The translations under genes and the position numbers were made by a program. A stretch of DNA of 22,712 nucleotides from Sedimentisphaerales bacterium (lineage in GTDB: Bacteria; Planctomycetota; Phycisphaerae; Sedimentisphaerales; SM23-30). Position 1 is the first letter of the stretch. Each line of letters starts with the position of its first letter. This document shows positions 19,117 through 22,712 of the stretch, in pieces. Where the stretch lies: assembly GCA_963663805.2 (NCBI GenBank), contig CAXXMR010000016.1:1-22712 (forward strand), in the 5' to 3' direction. The notes under the pieces are model-generated. The model was not told the DNA's origin. It ran no database searches and saw nothing but the letters and a program-made list of their open reading frames with translations.

Positions 19117-19369
19117 TGCACAACTGGGAAAGAATTATTCATTAATCTCACGCTTCATCTTCTCTATGTAGTTGCCAACCGAACGTGATACCGCTTTAAC
19201 GCGGCTGAAAACTGAAAATTTTGCTCTTTGAAAAGTTTATATGAGTTCAGATTCAGCGTTATCAAAGGATGCTGAATGGTAAATCGTCGGATTTTTGGGC
19301 GTTTCTCCTGAGGAGAATTCAAAATCTGCGCGTGCGTATTTTGTGATGGGGGCTGGGATTGACCAAGAT

Positions 19370-19937
19370 TCAAGCAGGATGTTTTAGCCGATAGCCCATT
19401 GTCCGGGCTTGGCTGAAGTAGCGTTGCTCAATATTGGGCGGCACTTCTTTCGCATCATGGCCCGGCATTTCTGGTGGGTTGCCATAGAATACATCATCCG
19501 GCCTTAAGCCATCGAGCGTCATGTGGGGCCGCCATTGATTGTGCAATTCGTAACAGAGAGTTCTGATATCGGACATATCAAGCAATGGATAGCTTGCAAA
19601 CTTATGACACACCGATTAGAATTACATTGCAGATGATCGTTAACCCGCCAGTTAACACGGTTAGCAAATATAAAGGTACATTTTGACTGGAAGCTCCGCT
19701 TGGGGCGGCCGACCTCCGGAAAACCAAGGTAAAGGGCTTAATTTTTGATATGCCCAAACGGTTGCTTGAAAAACGAGAGAAAACAACGCAAAAACGCGAG
19801 TATGGCATAAGATATTTATTTATAAAGAGTTACGAAACATAGAGCGCGGGCTTTTTTCGTATCGTTCGGGGTCCCGAGTTGGATACATGGCCGTTAATCA
19901 TTTTAGCAATTCCGAAATTCGTATGTTTTCGGGGAGC
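19370..19937 (-). mobile_element. Internally deleted integrase-core transposase remnant; copy 2 of the direct repeat (homology to copy 1 over 19454-19937)
   Basis: Encodes HNQWRPHMTLDGLRPDDVFYGNPPEMPG...GYRLKHPA*, preceded by a decayed frame (FQATVWAYQKL.PL.WFSG..PPQA.LP) that is also conserved in copy 1. Confidence 0.8.
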
Positions 19938-19981
19938 TTAAAGAATTCTGGCGAACTTTGGTCGCCAGTATGATTTAACGG

Positions 19982-20013
19982 AAACGCCCGGATATGAAAA
20001 TAGCCGGGCGTTT
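19982..20013. terminator. GC-rich hairpin, possibly a bidirectional terminator at the element end
   Basis: AAACGCCCGG (19982-91) and CCGGGCGTTT (20004-13) form a perfect 10-bp stem with a 12-nt loop. Confidence 0.6.
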
Positions 20014-20016
20014 TCA

Positions 20017-20029
20017 TAAACTATTGATA
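20017..20029 (-). promoter_or_regulatory. IHF-consensus site (second match at 20276-20288)
   Basis: TAAACTATTGATA and TAAACCGTTGATT both match the reverse complement of WATCAANNNNTTR. Confidence 0.45.
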
Positions 20030-20426
20030 ACAAAGAGTTACGGCGATTTTTAGATTTTTCCCGCGTTCTCTGTTTCGAAGAGCACTTTCTAGGGTCCGAA
20101 CAGAACCATATACGTTATGTCTCGGAGCCCAGAAAATCTCTCCCAAACTCTCTAAAATTCTCTTTAACAGGCTCTCGGTGATTAACAGATCCGTATGCTT
20201 TGGGGCCAGTAGTGAAAGCGAACTTTTTGTGAGTTGAATCCATCGGGTTACAGAAAGCAGTACTAATAATCAACTTAAACCGTTGATTTTGGCAATTACT
20301 GTTTTTCGAATTTTTACGAAAAAAAATATCCATTCCACTTTCAATATAATCCATTACTACACAACCCGTTACCCCCCCCCACCTCTTTATCATTCTCCTC
20401 CGCCCCCCAAATTTTCTCCCGCCAAT

Positions 20427-20455
20427 TTTTCATTTTCACCGGGTAATTGTATAAT
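20427..20455 (+). promoter_or_regulatory. Candidate sigma70 promoter of the recombinase operon
   Basis: TTTTCA-N17-TATAAT about 90 nt upstream of the first ATG. Confidence 0.4.
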
Positions 20456-20545
20456 AGACGGACTTATTTTTTTAGCCCGCCAGACAGCGTGCCGGTCGCT
20501 CCACTCCGCGAAAGTCGTTGTGGGGCATCTTCGAAAGAGCCTGCC

Positions 20546-20735
20546 ATGCACGATATGCTGGATGAGCCGGGGGAAATGACCCCATCCCAAAGACGCCGTG
20601 AAATTGCCGCCATTCTGGCCCGCGGGGTACTCAGATTGCGTCAATGCCGGGAAAACTCCACAAATTCTCAAAAAAACTGGTCACAATTGCCTTGATGAGG
20701 TGGCCCAGAAAGGCCCTCATGGGGTTGTTGGTTAA
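20546..20735 (+). CDS. Small protein preceding DUF2924 (ends 20695 as sequenced, or 20735 if one A of the A7 run is removed)
   Basis: MHDMLDEPGEMTPSQRRREIAAILARGVLRLR resembles the short ORF I recall upstream of DUF2924-recombinase pairs. Confidence 0.6.
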
Positions 20736-20761
20736 CAGACGCGAGAATGAAGGAGTACATC

Positions 20762-21248
20762 ATGAACATCGGCAAACAAATCGCCGCTCTGAAACGGATG
20801 ACGGTCACAGAACTGCGTAAAAAGCACCTGGAGGCCTTCGGCGAACCGAACCGCTCGGGGCATAAGGATTACCTGGTAAAGCGGATCGCTTGGAGGCTTC
20901 AGGCCCAGAATGAGGGTACGCTCTCGGAGCGAGCCCGCAGGCGAGCGGAGGAACTGGCCAACGAGGGCCGATCTGCGTAGTACCATGCCCAAGATGGCCC
21001 AGTGCCCTTCGGGCACTGCCGTCCCGGTGCAAATCGACCCCGACCATGACCCGCGGCTGCCCCTGCCGGGCGCGGTACTGACCAGGCGTTATAAGGGTAA
21101 GACTATCAAGGTCTGGGTCAAACCGCGGGGTTTTGAGTACGAGGGCAAGATTTACCGCAGTCTTTCCGCGGTAGCAAAGGCGGTCACGGGCACCCACTGG
21201 AACGGTTTTCATTTTTTCAACCTCAAGAAGAACGGAGTCCGCAGATGA
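20762..21248 (+). CDS. DUF2924 domain protein; 1 homopolymer frameshift
   Basis: LKRMTVTELRKKH..AFGE...YLVKRIAWRLQA...G.LS and LPLPGAVLTRRYKG...GFEYEGKIYRSLSAVAKAVTGTHWNGFHFFNL. Removing one G at 20965-67 gives 161 aa. RBS AAGGAG. Confidence 0.9.
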
Positions 21249-22712
21249 ATAATACCTTACGCTGTGCCATTTATACCCGCAAGAGCACCGAGGACGGCCT
21301 GGAAACAGGAGTTCAACAGCCTGGACGCCCAGCGGGACGCAGGCGAGGCCTTTATCGCCAGCCAGAAATCTGAAGGCTGGATATGTCTGCCTGACCGCTA
21401 TGACGACGGCGGTTTTACGGGCGGGAATATGGAACGACCGGCCCTCAAAACGGTTGCTGGCTGATATTGAGGACGGCAAGGTTGACTGTATTGTGGTTTA
21501 CAAGGTGGACCGGCTCAGCCGCTCGCTGATCGACTTCTCGAAGATTATGGGGGTCCTGGAACGGCGTTGCGTATCGTTCGTCTCGGTCACCCAGCAGTTC
21601 AATACCAGCACCTCAATGGGCCGATTGATGCTCAATGTGCTGCTGTCTTTCGCGCAGTTTGAGCGGGAGATGATCTCGGAGCGGACCCGGGATAAGATTG
21701 CCGCCACACGGCGTAAGGGCAAATGGTCCGGCGGGATGCCGCTGCTGGGCTATGATGTGCGGGACAGTAAGCTGTATGTCAATGAGGATGAGGCCGCCCG
21801 GGTACGGGGTATATTCGAGATATACCTGGAGCATCAGTCGCTGCTGGCGACGGTGGCAGAACTGGACCGACGCGGCTGGGCTACCAAACGCTGGACCACA
21901 CGCAAAGGAAATAAACGAGGCGGCAAGCCGTTCAATAAGAACAGTTTATTCAAACTGCTGACCAACCGGCTCTATCTTGGTAAAATAACCTATAAGGATG
22001 AAGTGCACGAAGGCGAACATGCCGCCATTGTGGATACGGAGATTTTTGAACGGGTCCAGCGTCTGCTCAAGCGTAACGGACGCAGCGGCGGCAAACATGT
22101 ACGGAACCGGTTCGGGGCTTTATTGAAGGGTCTGATACGCTGTGTGCCCTGCGATTGCGGTATGGTGCATACCCACGCCACCAAGAACGGCAATAAGAGG
22201 TATCGCTACTACGTCTGTGCCCAGGCCCAGAGTCGGGGCTGGCATAACTGCCCGTCACCCTCGGTACCGGCAGGCGAGCTGGAGCGGTTTGTGGTGGAGC
22301 AGGTCAAGGGGTTTGAGCCGGGACAGCGACCTCTTAAATGAGACGCTCGCCGAATGCCGGCGTCAGCGGGAAGAGGTGATTGGCAAGCTGGAAGCGGAGA
22401 AAACGCACCCTGGAGCGCGAACTGCGTCGCCACAATGCCGAACTGCGGGAGATGGCGGGCTGTGGCGAGCGGGACGGCGTGACGCTGGCCCGTATGGCCG
22501 ATGTTCAGGACCGTATCCGCACTGCCCGGCAGCGGGCTACGGAGGTCTCTGACCAGATTGCGGCCCTGTCACGCGAGCTGGTAGATGCCCGGGAAGTGGG
22601 CGAGGCCTGTGCCCTGTTCGACCCGCTCTGGGAGACGCTCACCGCCCGGGAACAGGCCCGTATTCTGCATTTACTCATTGAACGGGTGGATTATGATGGA
22701 GAAAATGGCACC
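21245..22712 (+). CDS. Large serine recombinase (resolvase + recombinase + Zn-ribbon + coiled coil); 4 frameshifts; runs off right edge
   Basis: MNNTLRCAIYTRKST (catalytic Ser), YDDGGFTGGNMERPAL, VYKVDRLSRS, FAQFEREMISERTRDK, YLGKI...GEHAAIVD and LLKGLIRCVPCDCGM...YRYYVC. ATGA overlap with DUF2924. Confidence 0.92.

Noticed and set aside
19160..19940. Terminal inverted repeats and target-site duplication for the transposase remnant (TGTAGTTGCCAA near 19167 as a possible end)
   Set aside because: I found no matching inverted copy at the other end and no TSD, so the IS family cannot be assigned.
19900..19970. Complete tRNA gene
   Set aside because: There is no GTTCRA T-loop or cloverleaf, only a short 3'-end-like match.
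20372..20408. Poly-C tracts as a phase-variable switch
   Set aside because: They are intergenic, lie upstream of the candidate -35, and fall in a region where homopolymer lengths are unreliable.
20805..21479. 224-aa minus-strand ORF
   Set aside because: It is antisense to DUF2924 and the recombinase in GC-rich DNA and has no motifs.
16099..22403. Programmed frameshifting or phase variation
   Set aside because: The events are too numerous, all in the same direction, often in runs of only 2-4 nt, and affect unrelated genes including a mobile element.
1..22712. CRISPR array, cas genes or defence system
   Set aside because: I saw no regularly spaced short repeats and no cas or defence motifs. 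The EEP domain is on a secreted GH20 protein.

Overview
Most likely an accessory region of a Planctomycetota (Phycisphaerae/Sedimentisphaerales-like) genome. This placement is inferred from the prepilin-type H-X9-DG-like genes, the PEP-CTERM and dockerin-like tails and the planctomycete-style ECF/FecR pair. The window has three blocks. Block 1 (1-9644, all minus strand) is a glycan-utilisation locus: LamG-PEP-CTERM, prepilin-type protein, ECF sigma, a large FecR anti-sigma with six extracytoplasmic repeats, a GH20 hexosaminidase fused to an EEP phosphoesterase, and a LamG-Ig-LamG protein running off the left edge. Block 2 (10300-19116) is a second such locus: nucleoside hydrolase, 2xLamG-dockerin-like protein, prepilin-type protein, CE4-like deacetylase and LamG-BNR sialidase-like enzyme, divergent from an AraC regulator and a secreted BNR-like protein. 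Block 3 (from about 19940) is the end of a DUF2924/large serine recombinase element. Blocks 1 and 2 each end in a ~450-480 bp diverged direct repeat, an internally deleted integrase-core transposase remnant terminating in a hairpin plus TCGGGGAGC. Each locus reuses its own LamG domain variant on several proteins, and neither has a SusC/SusD pair within the window. Right of about 16100 the genes carry about 15-16 frameshifts, each repairable by removing one base from a homopolymer run. These are most likely sequencing errors.
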